Assembly (NCBI RefSeq): GCF_018977255.1
Contig: NW_024704743.1
Span: 113,834,001-113,898,000, forward strand
Reading direction: 5' to 3'
From: Callorhinchus milii
Lineage: Eukaryota
DNA length: 64,000 nucleotides
The notes under the pieces: model-generated
Database searches by the model: none
Seen by the model: the letters and a program-made list of their open reading frames with translations, nothing else
What the model was told of the DNA's origin: nothing
Made by a program: the position numbers and the translations under genes
Shown here: one piece after another, positions 27,059-39,270 of the stretch
Position numbering within the stretch: the first letter of the stretch is position 1
Layout of the letters: each line of letters starts with the position of its first letter

Positions 27059-27377
27059 TTAGCCTTAAGACCATACACTGCTGTGAGCAATTGGCTGCCG
27101 TGTTTTGGCCACAAAATATACAGTCAATTCACTTTACAGTATATTCTGCGAAGAGCTTTGATGTCTCGAAGATGTGATAATCCGTTTTGTCAAATGCAAG
27201 GATTATATTATTATTAAAATTTAAGATTGTGCAGAACTTTGAAAGACAGTCTTAAATTCAGTCTCAAATTGGAAGTTCTTCTGGGATGTTAGAAACATTG
27301 CCTTCCAAATCAAGATTTAAGACTGTTTCCCAAAATTTTGCACCGTCTTAAATTTCAGCACAATGGTCTGAAGCTTA
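27059..27377. mobile_element. Palindromic MITE-like element with a SINE fragment (~27075-27215) inserted in its left arm
   Basis: 27215-27275 is an imperfect inverted repeat of 27302-27357; related copy at 19696-19845. Confidence 0.6.
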
Positions 27378-30300
27378 TCATGAGATATTTGGGTCGCTGA
27401 CATCCACACACACCCGTGCACTATCCAGCAGGGGGCTCTGGATAATCACTGTCTGATTTTCTACCCCTTCCCAGCTAAGTCAGTAGCACAATGATCAATT
27501 GTACAGAACTCAGCTCCAATCGACAAGATCAGATCGAACCTGCAAACTTCTGGTTTGCATGGCTTAGTCAAGGTGCAACACAGGGGATAGATCTCTTTGT
27601 CACTTTATCAACAAACTAAAGGAACAATCTAAAAATTAGGCTGCTTTTTAAAATCAAAACGAATCAGTCTCACTGCAAATGAGTGGTCGTTGACAGTCTG
27701 CATGTATTTCAGTGCTTCAAACCTCAAATGTTCTTTTGAAAGAGCTCTATTCAACCACTGACCTAATTTTAAATTACCAGCACGTGTTATGCTGAAGAGG
27801 AGTAGGACACAAATTATCACCCATGATTTCTCACACAGTAAGCTTTTCATGACCGCTCTGCCACCAGACTTTTCTCCGAACTGCTTTTTTTTCCACCTTC
27901 TAAACTTTCTCCCCTCTCCTGAATAGGGTTTCACGAGCACTGACCACCCTTGTGAGTCTCTCCAAGTAGCCATTCTTCCCTGAAAGTGATTGTGTATGGA
28001 ATCTTGTTATTGTTGTTGTTGTATGTAGACATCAGGTGAGGGGTTGGCAATGATGTCCTCCATGATTTAGTTATCAGATGACCTTCATAGTCAAATAACC
28101 AAATGGTACAGTGTATCATTGTTAAACCATTGTTCAATGGATATGGGTTATCATCAACCTATTGTTCAGTGGATACTGGTGGGCTGCTTTAGAACTGTTT
28201 TCCATTGCCCACAAAATACATACAGCCACATAACTTTACAGTATATCGTGTGAAGCACTTTGAGACATCTCGATGACATTATAAGGTGCTATACAAATGT
28301 AATCTTGTTGTTGTTATTGCTGTCCCCTCTTCCTTTCTCCACCACATTGTCCATTTCAATCTTACACACATACACTTCTTTCACTCCTTTTGCCCCTCAG
28401 TCACTCTTCTCAAGCTCTCAACCTCACTCATGGTCCATTCCTTCATTAGGAGCTATCTCCAGTTACTTATGCTGCATAGGCTCACCCTCTTCCACTACCC
28501 CTCCATCCCCAAGGTCCCTCAAGCTGCTGTGGCCGCTCCCTCTCCTCTCTTTTTCAGTTCTGTCCCTCATATCTTCATTTGCTGGGCTGTAATTTTCCCC
28601 TGTCAGAGCCCTGTTTCTCATTCTTCTTCCTGGCATGTTCCAGCTGTCCTGGGAGCTCCCCATTTATAGCAACAAACAAATACAGTAGCTGACTGGGCAA
28701 AGGCAGGCAATCATGTTGCAACTTTATCAATTTGTGCCCATTTCAACCAATCAAAGTAGCATGGTACAAATTTCAAATACAATACAGTTTCATATTCTAC
28801 AGTAATCCTGCAGTCCAATTCAGTTGAGCTGCAATTTGTCTCTTTTTTGGCAGAAAGTAAATGGAGTCTCGCTGGGATCAGTTGTGGTAACATGCCTCAC
28901 TGAGGCAGAATGCAGTTTGTGACAACGCTAGAAACATACGCCCAATGCACACTAGTTGTGTATTCCCAGTTGGCCAACAGTCAGAAGGTTACTCGTGCTT
29001 TGAATTGACAAGCTTAGTAGTTTTTTGCTTGTTATATTTTAGCAGCGTGCCAACACATACAACAACTTACATTTATATTGTGCCCTTCACGCCAGACAGC
29101 GTCTCAGAGTTTCCAATGCATGTGTTTGTATCCAACATGCATAGATAAACAAGGCGTGTCCCTTTTGGCAGATGAACTGGCAAATCCAGTCTAGTGTTGA
29201 GGAATGCTATCTATTCCAGGTACTGTCCTTCAGACGAAACACGAAATTGAAATCCCATCCGCCATTTGTGTTGGTTTAAAATCTAATTTCTCATGTTCAG
29301 TCCAGCATCCCTCCCTCAACTAAATTCACAAAAAGAAGATTAATTGGTCATCCATCTCATTGCTGTGGTGGGATGTTGCAGTTGTAGATGACATAATCAC
29401 TGGATTTGAAAAGTAATTGATTGTGCAGAGTAATTTCAGACTTTGCTGTGATAAGGAGCTATATCAAATGCAAATACAATATGAAGAGAACTGTTGGCTG
29501 GAGTCACATGCACTGAAAGAGGTTGCCACACATGTCAGACTGACCCAGTTGATCAAAATGAATACATCTCCCAATTTGCATCCCCCCAACCCCCACCCCC
29601 CCACCCCACCCCCCCACCGACCCGCAAACAACCGACGAGTTAATTAAAAAATAGCATGAAAAGCATGGCACGGTCTTGCGTGGATGGAGGCTAATCCCAG
29701 TCTGATTTTTTTTTCAAAAGGTTTTTTTTTGCAAAGCTCGATTCTGACTGTTCCTGCATTATCATTTCAGTTCTGCAAATATTGACGGGGTTTTGTTATT
29801 TCCGACTCAGATGGCACATACGATGCGAACGAACCCCCCCCACCCCCCCACCCACCCACCGCGTTGCTGCGCGGTGACAAGTGAAGTATGGTCCCGCATG
29901 TGCCTGTGCTACAGTGTCCCAACAGTACAGGCAGAGCAGGAGCGGAGATGCCTGTGTGTCCCCTGCAGACGTGTGTGTGTGTGTGTGTGTGTGACTGATT
30001 CCTCCGGGTGATGGGATCAGCCCACGGCGGCCTCCGTCCAGCGGACGTCTCTCAAACCTGTAACTCGGGGGCGATTGATCGCTGTGAGGGTTTCACCAGT
30101 CGGTCGGTCGGTCGGTCACAGCGTCACAGTCACGGTCAGTCGGTGCCAGTGTTTTGGTTCGTGTGCAAGTCAACGTGTTCGCTTCCTCCCCCAGAAAAGA
30201 AACTCTGGTTCCTCCCCCCTCTCCCCCCCCCCACCCGATCGCCACGGCTTCTTGAGAAATTTTTTTTAATATATAAAAGAGAGAGGTAAGAGATAATAGA

Positions 30301-30510
30301 TCTCTTGTGTGTGTGGTGTGTTTTATTATTTTTATATGGGGTCGGTGGGGGAGGGAGGGCTTTGCCCAGCATTTCCCTGACAATGTGTAAAGATAATAAT
30401 AATTATAAGGATGACGATGACGACGATGGTGATGGTGGTGTGGCTTTCTTTTCCTGGTTGCTCGCGTAGTAAATTTAAGAGAAATATGTGGCTCAGCAAT
30501 TTCCGAGAGG

Positions 30511-30849
30511 AAGGGGTGGGGGTGGAGGTGTTCGGGAGGGGTGGGGGGGGTGGAGGTGTTGGGGAGGGGGTGAGGGGGGAGGTGTTGGGGAGGGGGTGAG
30601 GGGTGGAGGTGTTGGGGAGGGGGTGGAGGGGTGGGGGGTGGAGGTGTTGGGGAGGGGGTGGGGGGTGGAGGGGGAGGGGTTGGGGAGGAGGTGGTGGGGT
30701 GGAGGGGGAGGGGGTTGGGGAGGGGGTGGTGGGGTGGAGGTGTTGGGGAGGGGGTGGTGGGGTGGAGGTGTTGGGGAGGGGGTGGGGGGTGGAGGTGTTG
30801 GGGAGGGGGTGAGGGGGGGGGAGGTGTTGGGGAGGGGGTGAGGGGGGGA
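30511..30849 (+). repeat. G-rich imperfect tandem repeat, core GGAGGTGTTGGGGAGGGGGTG, about 9 copies
   Basis: AGGTGTT recurs 9 times, mostly 26-35 nt apart; almost no C on the + strand. Confidence 0.9.
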
Positions 30850-31379
30850 GAGCAGGGAAGCTTTCAGCTGCAGTGTACAGTAGGGCAGAGACACACCGAG
30901 AGAGAGAGAGAGAGAGAGTACTTTGGCTTTATCACAGTATTTACACACGATCCTGTGCTGTGCGGCGGTGGCACAGACATTGACCAAAACAACTTCGACC
31001 AAAGCGACCTCGTCCTTCCCGACCCCGACCCGACCCAACCCAACCCGACCAGCGGAACATCTGTGGTTATTAGTGTTCGTGAACCGTACATCATAACGAC
31101 AGATAATAATAATAATAATAATAATCAACGGCAGCGGCAACAGCCAGGAGTGAGAGGGGGTGGGAGGGGGGAGGGAGGGCTGTTGGCCACAGTACTGTGT
31201 GTGTGTTGTGAGTGAGTGTGTGTGTGGCTGTTTGTGTTTGCCTTTGCTCCTGGTTGGGGTGTTATTGTAGCGGCTGATTGACAACCCACCCCCCCCCTTC
31301 CCCCCCCCCCCCCCCGACTGACTGACTGACTGACTGATTGACTAGTGGGCGGTTTCCATTTAAATACACGGGGAGCAGA

Positions 31380-31497
31380 GCAACATGGCGGCCGGCAGCG
31401 AGAGCCCGTCTTCGGAGGCGAAGGTCAGGCTGGCGCCTCGCAGCTCCTGGTGACCCCCCCCTCCCGCTCCCCCACCATCATCATCATCATCCCCGCG
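31380..31497 (+). other. NCOA2: Probable NCOA2 5' UTR exon 1 (upstream of the main CDS); start approximate
   Basis: GGCGGCCG...CTTCGGAGGCGAAGGTCAG resembles the start of the human NCOA2 mRNA as I recall it; donor GCG|GTGAGT at 31498; NCOA2 is the downstream same-strand neighbour of TRAM1 in vertebrates. Confidence 0.72.
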
Positions 31498-34400
31498 GTG
31501 AGTCAGTCAGTCAGTCAGTCCCCCGCGGTTTGTCTTTCCGCGGCTCTTGTTTTTTTTTGTAAGTGAAACTAAATCAGTTTTTTTTAAAAAAAGTGGCGGT
31601 GGCTGTGGTGGTGGTTGTTGTTGTTGTTGTTGTTGGTGGCGGCGGTGTGGTGGTGGAGCAGCGGCAGTTGTTGCGAGGCGAGAGGAGGGGCTCCGGCTCC
31701 AGTCCCGGGGCTCTGGGTGAGCGAAGTTTCTCGGCGTTTGTGGTTCAGTCCCCCCTCCTCCTCACCCCCCCCCTCCCTCCTCCTGCTCACCCGCCTCCAG
31801 TCCCTTCCTCCCCCCCCCAGTCCCATCCTCAACCGCCCTCGGGTCTCCCCGCCAGGCCAGCGGGAGGCTCAGCCCGGGAATGGGGGGGAGAGACAGCACA
31901 GGCCGCAAACCGAGCGGGACACTCGGGGCAGCCTCCTGTGCCTACCCCCGAGACCGCTTTACAGCACGCGTGTGAGTGCGTGTGAGTGTGTGTGAGTGTG
32001 TGTGTGTGTGTGAGTGCGGTTGAGGAGTGTGTGTGAGTGCGGTTGAGGAGGTGGAGTAGGAGTGTGGGAGACATTTAGTTTGAAAATCTGGTGGGTGCCA
32101 GAGAGAGAGAGAGAGAGTGTTTATGGTTTGACGGGCTGTTTGCAGCCGCAGCCGCTCGCCCTTCGCCTGTCGGGGTTGGTGGGGTGGGGGGGGCTGCTCC
32201 TCACGTGTATATTTATATATTTTATTCGACGTTTTTGTGTGTGTGTGTAAAAAAAATAAAAAATAAACATTTAACGAGCTGGGTCGGGGCAGCTCGAGCT
32301 AACGTGATGGACATAACACGAGCTCCGCGCAAGGCAGCCCCCTCTCCCTTCCTTAACGAACGGGCGCCGAGCGGCTCCTCCAGGACTCGGGTGGGGGGGG
32401 GGGCGCCTGAGCGACCAATGGGCCGCGGCAGTGACAGACTCGGTGGGTGGGGGGAGGAGGAGGCGGGTCCGGTGAGGTTTGTGCTCAGGTTAAGCTGAAG
32501 CGAAGCGGCTTCAGTGAATCAACAACGCTGGTAAACACTCGGCTCGGCGGAAAGGAGCCAGCGCGCAGGCGCCCGCTTTCTCTCGTGGTGCCTCTCGGGA
32601 CCCGTAGTCTGCGGGGCCGAGCGTCCCCCGTGCGTCACGTGGGGGGAGGCGGGGCGAGGAGACTACATCTCCCAGAATGCCGTGTGCTGGAGGAGACGAG
32701 ACAGTCCCTCTTCCTCCCTCTCGCTGGTAGCGACAGAGCTGGGTCGCTGGGTTACCCTGAAAGATAAAACGCTGATTAAGAGCCCAGAGAGATGAGATGG
32801 CTGCAATGGCAGCTCCGGGAGACACGCAATTAATTCAGACGAACCGGTCGGTGCTATATTTTTTTTAAAAAAAATGTGCACTCCGCTTGTTTTGGGGGGT
32901 TGATTGCACCCAAGTGTAGCGAACTTTTCTCCCTCTCTGCTCTGCTTACCGTTTTCGTGACCATTGGGTGTGTGTGTGTGTGTTTTTTCTCTCTTTTTTT
33001 TTCCCCCCCCAAAAAAATGTGGTTTCGTTTAAGTTTAAATTAGAATCGAATCAAATATTCTTTAACTTTCTTTTTGCTCCCCTTTCCTTTCCCCACATCA
33101 TTTCATTAGACGTCCAAGAAGAAAAAGAAATTGGCAAAAATTGTTGACAGATGCTTTTGTGCAAACATCCATTGTGGAAATCTGGGCCTTTTGTGAAATG
33201 TAACCTTTTAATGTTTGTTGATGTAAATTGCTGCCTGTTTCTCTTCCAGTGTTGTGTTATACTGTGTTTAATTAAAGGAAAGATTTTCTTTAAGGAAGGA
33301 AAAGAGACTGGAAACGGTGGGGGGAGGAGTTGTGCTGTGACCATCTGGGTTGACCCATTTTATTTCATTGACCACAGGATTGATCATTTATATGTGCAAA
33401 TGATCGACATTACTAGCTGCTCTGCAGAATTAATCAAAGGGTGCGTTTGCAGTTCTGCCAGGAGCTGTACATCTACAGAATACCAATAATTTTAACAATA
33501 GTGAATTGCAGATCATTTTGTACCAGTGCAGAATATTGTAACTCATGGTCTGCATCAGCTGTCGGTCTTTTTAAGTTGTTTGTGTGATTTTATATGGTAT
33601 GGGGTTAAATATTTGTTTTTATTAAACACTGTATATGATTTTGTCTCACCTTGTATGGATATATTCTCCATGTAAGGTGATCAGATGATCTTTCCGATCT
33701 CTAGATATGCTAAATTGTAATTGAAAGGTGTGTTAACTTTTTCTCCTACCTTCTCTTTCTTACTCCAGTGAGAAAGTGATTTTCTTCTCCTGTGATGATT
33801 TGTCTTTCGACTTTTTTTTAAACTCCCTCCTCCCCCACCAAAAAACGTTGAAATCAGAATATAGTGAATGTTGGTAAATGTGCGTCACACTGCTCTGGCA
33901 CAGCTTGTGGGTACATAAAAGCTATCCTGTATCTATCTCGAAATAGCATTCTGTAACATTATATTGCTGAGATTTGGGTTTCTTGCCTGTTACCAAAAAT
34001 GTAGTTAGGTTTTGAGTAGCATTAATTATGAATTGATTTGTACAGTATTTTAGTCTGTACATTTGTTAGGATTATGTTCTTAAGCAGGTCTTTTTATTTA
34101 AAACCCTAAGCCCTGTTAACAATAATATTACCAGAAAATGCTCTTTTAATTTATTTGCACTTAATAGTGATTATTCTTAGGAATAGTGTGTTTCAGTAAC
34201 AATATTTTGAAGGACGAATACTATAGTATAATTTGCTCATTTGCCAGTTTTGACAATTGTGGAAAAGCTGATTCATATTTTATTAGTATCTGTATGATAG
34301 ATTTCTGAATTGTAAGAGTGTTTAAAAAGATTTAGATCATAGAGGCTTGATTTACGTGCTTTCTTTTCTGTTGCCTTTAGGCCTATTTTTTTTCTCTCTA

Positions 34401-37400
34401 GCCTGATTTTTTTTTCCCCCCTCTTCCCCAAGCTCTCATCTTGCTTTCTATGTCGGCTGCCATTTTCATTGGGTCTATTGAGGCTTTGGTGCCAGACGTC
34501 AAAGCCTAGAAAACTGCGTTAACACCCTTAGGCATAGCACTTCAATCTACCAATAGAACCCGGTTGTTGAACTCCTTACGGTGTAACAGCAAAATTATTG
34601 TTCTATTTTGTTTTACAATGATCGGGTCTTTTTTCACATGGGCAATGATGATTAAAATTTACACAGGAAAATAGGATTAATTAATATCCTTAACAATATT
34701 TTATCAAGGATTTATGTAGGTTGTTTATCCAGAGAGAGCAAGCTTTGCTTTTTTACTAATCATTTAGTACACCTCCTTCAATTATGAGCTTAGTTTTATT
34801 TTCAGTTGATTTACTTCTGATTATAAAGTGACCCAAGAAATCATAATCCAGCATCACCGGTTATTTACTTGGAACAAGTTCTGACCACTCCCCAACTCTG
34901 TTGGATAATTCCTTGTTTTAGGGTATTTGAAAACACTGCTTTTCTGGGGTAGAGGAAATCTTATTTTGTAAAATCTGCAATATATAAGAAATCTTGCTGT
35001 AAGATTGTATTGAGTTTACATAATATGATGTATGGGGAGTAATACTCCAGACGGTTTCCATATTCAAAATAACATATTTGTGAATGTTCTTGATAGAGTA
35101 TTTCCTTTGGACCCTGCAGAATTTTGATATGAGTAAAAGAAAAACTTTATTTTTTGTTGCCTATTAATCCCTACACCTATGGCTAGGGAATTTTAGGACC
35201 AATTAGTGGTTAGTATTGTCTGCTGTGCACCTTTTGATTGTAGCAGTGTTGATCTGTGAGCTGTGCTGGCTTCGATTTGTTTTGGGTGGGTGGATATTCA
35301 GTCCATATAGGCAGTACTGTTCACCTACTGAAAATGACTGGCTTAATGCTTAATTTAAAGAATTTGCAGCAGATTGGACCTTCCAAAAGCTTATTGTCAT
35401 ACTGCTCCAAAGTTAAATACTTCCGAAGAAAGGATGAGGGGGAAGATCCTCTTAAATTGCTGTTTGAAATCTAGAAAAGTAGAATTAGTAAAATTTAAGT
35501 GGACAGAACTCGCTCTTATAAAATATTTTATATACAGTGGGAAATGCAAATATTTTGGTAGAAAATGCACTAAAAATTTAGTGTTCTGTGAAAATGTTTT
35601 ATTGACTAGAGTTCTTGTAAATTGCTGCAAATGCATTATAATGCCTGAATCTTCTTGCTTTTAATGAAGTTCTTGAAGGATGTGTCCTTGTAGCTTACAA
35701 AACAAATTCAGCAGGTCATAAAATAGATCTTTGAACTGTAGCTACCGATGACTCAGTAGATAAATGGCACTACCTAGTGAGGCACTAGGCCGTAACTATT
35801 GTAAATTAAAAATCCAAAAAGGATTAAGCTTAAATTTTTTTTTTAAAAAAGCGCAGGGCAAAACTATATAGTGCTGCTTTACATTCCTGCTTTTTGAGTC
35901 TCGTGTTTCATGTTGTTGTTTTATAGTATCAGTAACATTGTAAGTGATTATGTTATTATTCATTAAGTGAGAATGCGCAAATGCCATGAAACTCTTTATG
36001 TAATCAGGTGATGATGAGTTCAAGTATTTATGGACTCATCTTATTGGAATGTTCGCTTTTGCATGACCCCGCCAAAATGTTGTCGATTCTGAAAAATCAG
36101 AATGATGTTGGGATTGATCTTTCTTAAAGCTGAATACTTTTCATTCATATAGATTGCCAGCTGGCCTTCCTACCTCGTATCCAGCCCCTGATTGGGATCA
36201 CTTTTGCCTCTGCCAATTTGCCCACCTCCAATCACACCTCACAAGCCACACAGCTGAAACCCCTATCCACATTTTCCTTACCTCCAGTCTCAACTTCTCC
36301 AATGCACTCATTGACAGTTTCCCCAGCTTCACTGTTATTGTTTATAAAAATATTGAATGCTTTTATGCGTTCAGTTACTGATGCCACAACCTCAATAATA
36401 ATATGCGGTACTACAGTACCCCATTCTATTTTTTACCAAGAGTAAACAATGCTATCCCATGACCCATAGTGAGTGGAAAAGTCCTATTAACAAGAGAGGA
36501 ATTATAGCTTTAATAGAGCATTTTATATGTGTTAAAATGTTTGAATAAATAAATGTACTTTCTAATACTGTTCTTGTTCTATTGCTGGAGAGAGTGAAGC
36601 CTTCCATTGGCAGCTGGATGCTTGGCAAATTGGACTCCGGTTCTTAATGAATAATGAGACTTATTTTGCCCAAACTGTGCCAGCATTGCTTCAGTAAGGT
36701 GGTGAGGAATGGTACTCTGATTGCACAACTGAGTAATACTTGTTTGATGCACTGATTTACGGACTATCGGGTGTATAACTTGTTTCATCTGTCAAAATAG
36801 TGAAAATCTGTGAACCTGAAGAGGTAGGGTTGGGAGTAGTTCAGTTAACTGGTAGTCATTCGTATTGCCTATTCTGGTACAATCTGAATAAGCAATTAGA
36901 CTCCCAATTTTTAAGAGGGCTGTATACAAAATTGGCTTTCAGTTTATGGCTGTTTGTGGGACATTGGCTTTCACTTTTGCGTACAAAATATCACTATAAT
37001 TTATAGTAAGTCCTGTGAATTGCTTTGAGACGTTCTCCCAACTTTAGATTTTGTATTAAATACAAGAATTATTATAAATAACACATCAGGATATTGATTT
37101 ATTTGTTACCTTGAACTAACAATGTTGTTCTGATTTAAGTGGATTTCATGAAGTCTGACGCCAAATTGGGAATATAGGATTGGTAGATTGGCAGCTAAAG
37201 CTTCTATCTTCCATTGCGTACACAGAATTTGGGCCAGCATTTCTTTTGTCCTCCTGCTGGAATAGTACATTCCCTTGATTACTTTGCCGAAATCATTGGT
37301 GAATTGTTTGGGGAGGTCATATTAGTTTGTTGTCCAACCTGTCTTTAAATATTGCTTAATAAGTGAGTCCTGATTCCTTATTAATTAATATTTTACTACC

Positions 37401-38959
37401 TGTATTTGGTCTCTTTGGATCCATCCTTCTTTTGAGGGGGAGATAAACAGGATCTCTCTGGAGCTGAGCTGGTTCTTGGGTGACATGCTTGAAAACTCAA
37501 CATTGGAATTGAGCCAACCCTTTGGTGGTCCCCGTCTTTTCAGCTCTTGAGCCATTTCAGGATACCGCTGATGACACACCAGGCAGCCTGACTCACAAGG
37601 AACAGGGATTCTTCCCCTCCACTCCTGTCAACCTTGCAAGCTAAAGCCCTGACTGGTACAGTAGTCCCAGCTGGACAAGCAATGGGAAGTTCTCCATGGC
37701 AAGTTTTACCTGTTTAACTGGTCCCCACACCTTGGGTTTTGCCAAGTTGTGCCTAACGCTCTCTGAAATTGGGTAAGCCGGGTGTGTCCCTCTGGGGAGA
37801 GGGTGTGCATTCCATTATCAACATGGAATTTTCTGTGTGTGGGTGGCATACATGGATCTCAGTCTTTGCCTCAAGACCTTCTCTTTGACCACGCCATTGG
37901 TCACCTCATTCTCCCTTCCCATCCAACCCTTCTTGGCCCCCATCTCTCCCGAATCCAACCTCCAGCTCAGTTGCAAACCCTCGACTGTCCAGCGCTTTAA
38001 GATCGTTTTCTGACGTGAGAGACGCTATATAAATTTTTGTGTAGATTTGTTTGAATACATTTAAGCATGTTGATGGGTTTTCCCCAAGTGAGAAATGCCT
38101 AGCTGACTAAAAAANTTGCTTCTGCTATACGAGCGATGGGCCAGGACGTACATCGATATGCAATCTGATGTGGTTGATTTTGTCTAACAAATTACTGTTC
38201 AGTTAAACTAATCATTAGCTGCATGGATAAGATTTGATGTTTTATCAGCCTGCTGATTAAACTGTGTTTAGTATATTCTTGTCTATGTGCGTAAATGAAA
38301 ACCTAATCTCTGGTAAAGTCAGCTGATTGGTGGGAATGTGACTACTCTGGACCACTGAATGCAGTTTGTGGTCAATGAACAGACTTTTTTTCACAAACAT
38401 TATGTAGTTCATGAGCTTACTGTGGGCCAAAGAATTTTCTCAGTGGTTCTGGATGCTTAATTAGGAGCCTTTGTTTGTAATTGGTTGGAATGGAAGAGCG
38501 GTAAAACATTTCTCTGCAAAATTGTTTGTCTGAATATTTTTCTTGATGTTGCCTACATTTTACTGCAGAGAAATGTTTTACATTTCTATCAAACGTGTAT
38601 TGTACATGCACATATTTTCCATTTAGTTAGGATTGTGCTTTAGCTGTTGGGGTTGAAGGGAGAGGGAGCATTTGTGCAATGAAATGCATGCAGTTCTGTT
38701 TAATAACAGAAATGAAAACCTGTCATCATTGCCATTGCCAGGGTGTGGTATGATGAATATTGCAAATGCTCTAAAAATATCTGAATTTATCTAAATTCTG
38801 TCTTCCTTTAACTGTTCAGTGTTTGCCCCCAAATTGGTGAATCCTGTAGTGGTGGGAAAAGAAGTGGATTGTTGTCAGTACAGTTCTATCCAGATGTTTG
38901 AGCTTCCCCAATGATTTGGTGGGGAAAGCGTGGTGTCAATACACACTGGACGCCTACAG

Positions 38960-39270
38960 GTTAGAATGCTGTTCTGTGTATGCTGCTCTCAGCTGGGGTT
39001 CTCTCTAATTGGCCTCAGCGCCTAGAACGGTGGGGGTGGGGGGTGATTAGCCAAGTTGGAGATCTTAATTATCCAGTCAGACCTCCCCCAGCACTGCTGG
39101 AAGGTGACTATGTACCATGGGCGAGGAGGACAGGATGTGGCTTTGCTGCAATGTCCATGTGGTCAATAAGAGTGTTATCATATTCTGCCAAGGCTCAAAA
39201 CATGAAAAATAGGTGTTTAAATGAAGAACTGAAATGTTCTTGGCACACATGGAACTATGTGCTATAGACT
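38960..39270 (+). mobile_element. Ancient interspersed repeat (SINE-like), best-preserved local copy
   Basis: AATTGGCCTCAG..ATTAGCCA..TATCCAG..CTGCTGGA..GGACAGGA..CATGAA..TGGAACT blocks recur at ~21210, ~45680 (+) and ~9160, ~18040, ~27390, ~50830 (-). Confidence 0.55.

Larger units (their letters stand above)
29800..32900. promoter_or_regulatory. Large CpG island, promoter region of NCOA2
   Basis: CpG-rich; YY1-type AACATGGCGG at 31382; CCAAT at ~32415; TGCGTCACGTG at 32631; GGGGCG GC-rich tract at ~32651; ACTACATCTCCCAGAATGC at 32662; many microsatellites. Confidence 0.8.

Noticed and set aside
30411..31284. Long Pro-rich/Gly-rich ORFs (e.g. 263 aa at 30493..31284)
   Set aside because: By-products of the G-rich tandem repeat and microsatellites; no domain or splice support
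38115..38115. Single N base
   Set aside because: Assembly ambiguity, not a biological feature; local continuity may be uncertain
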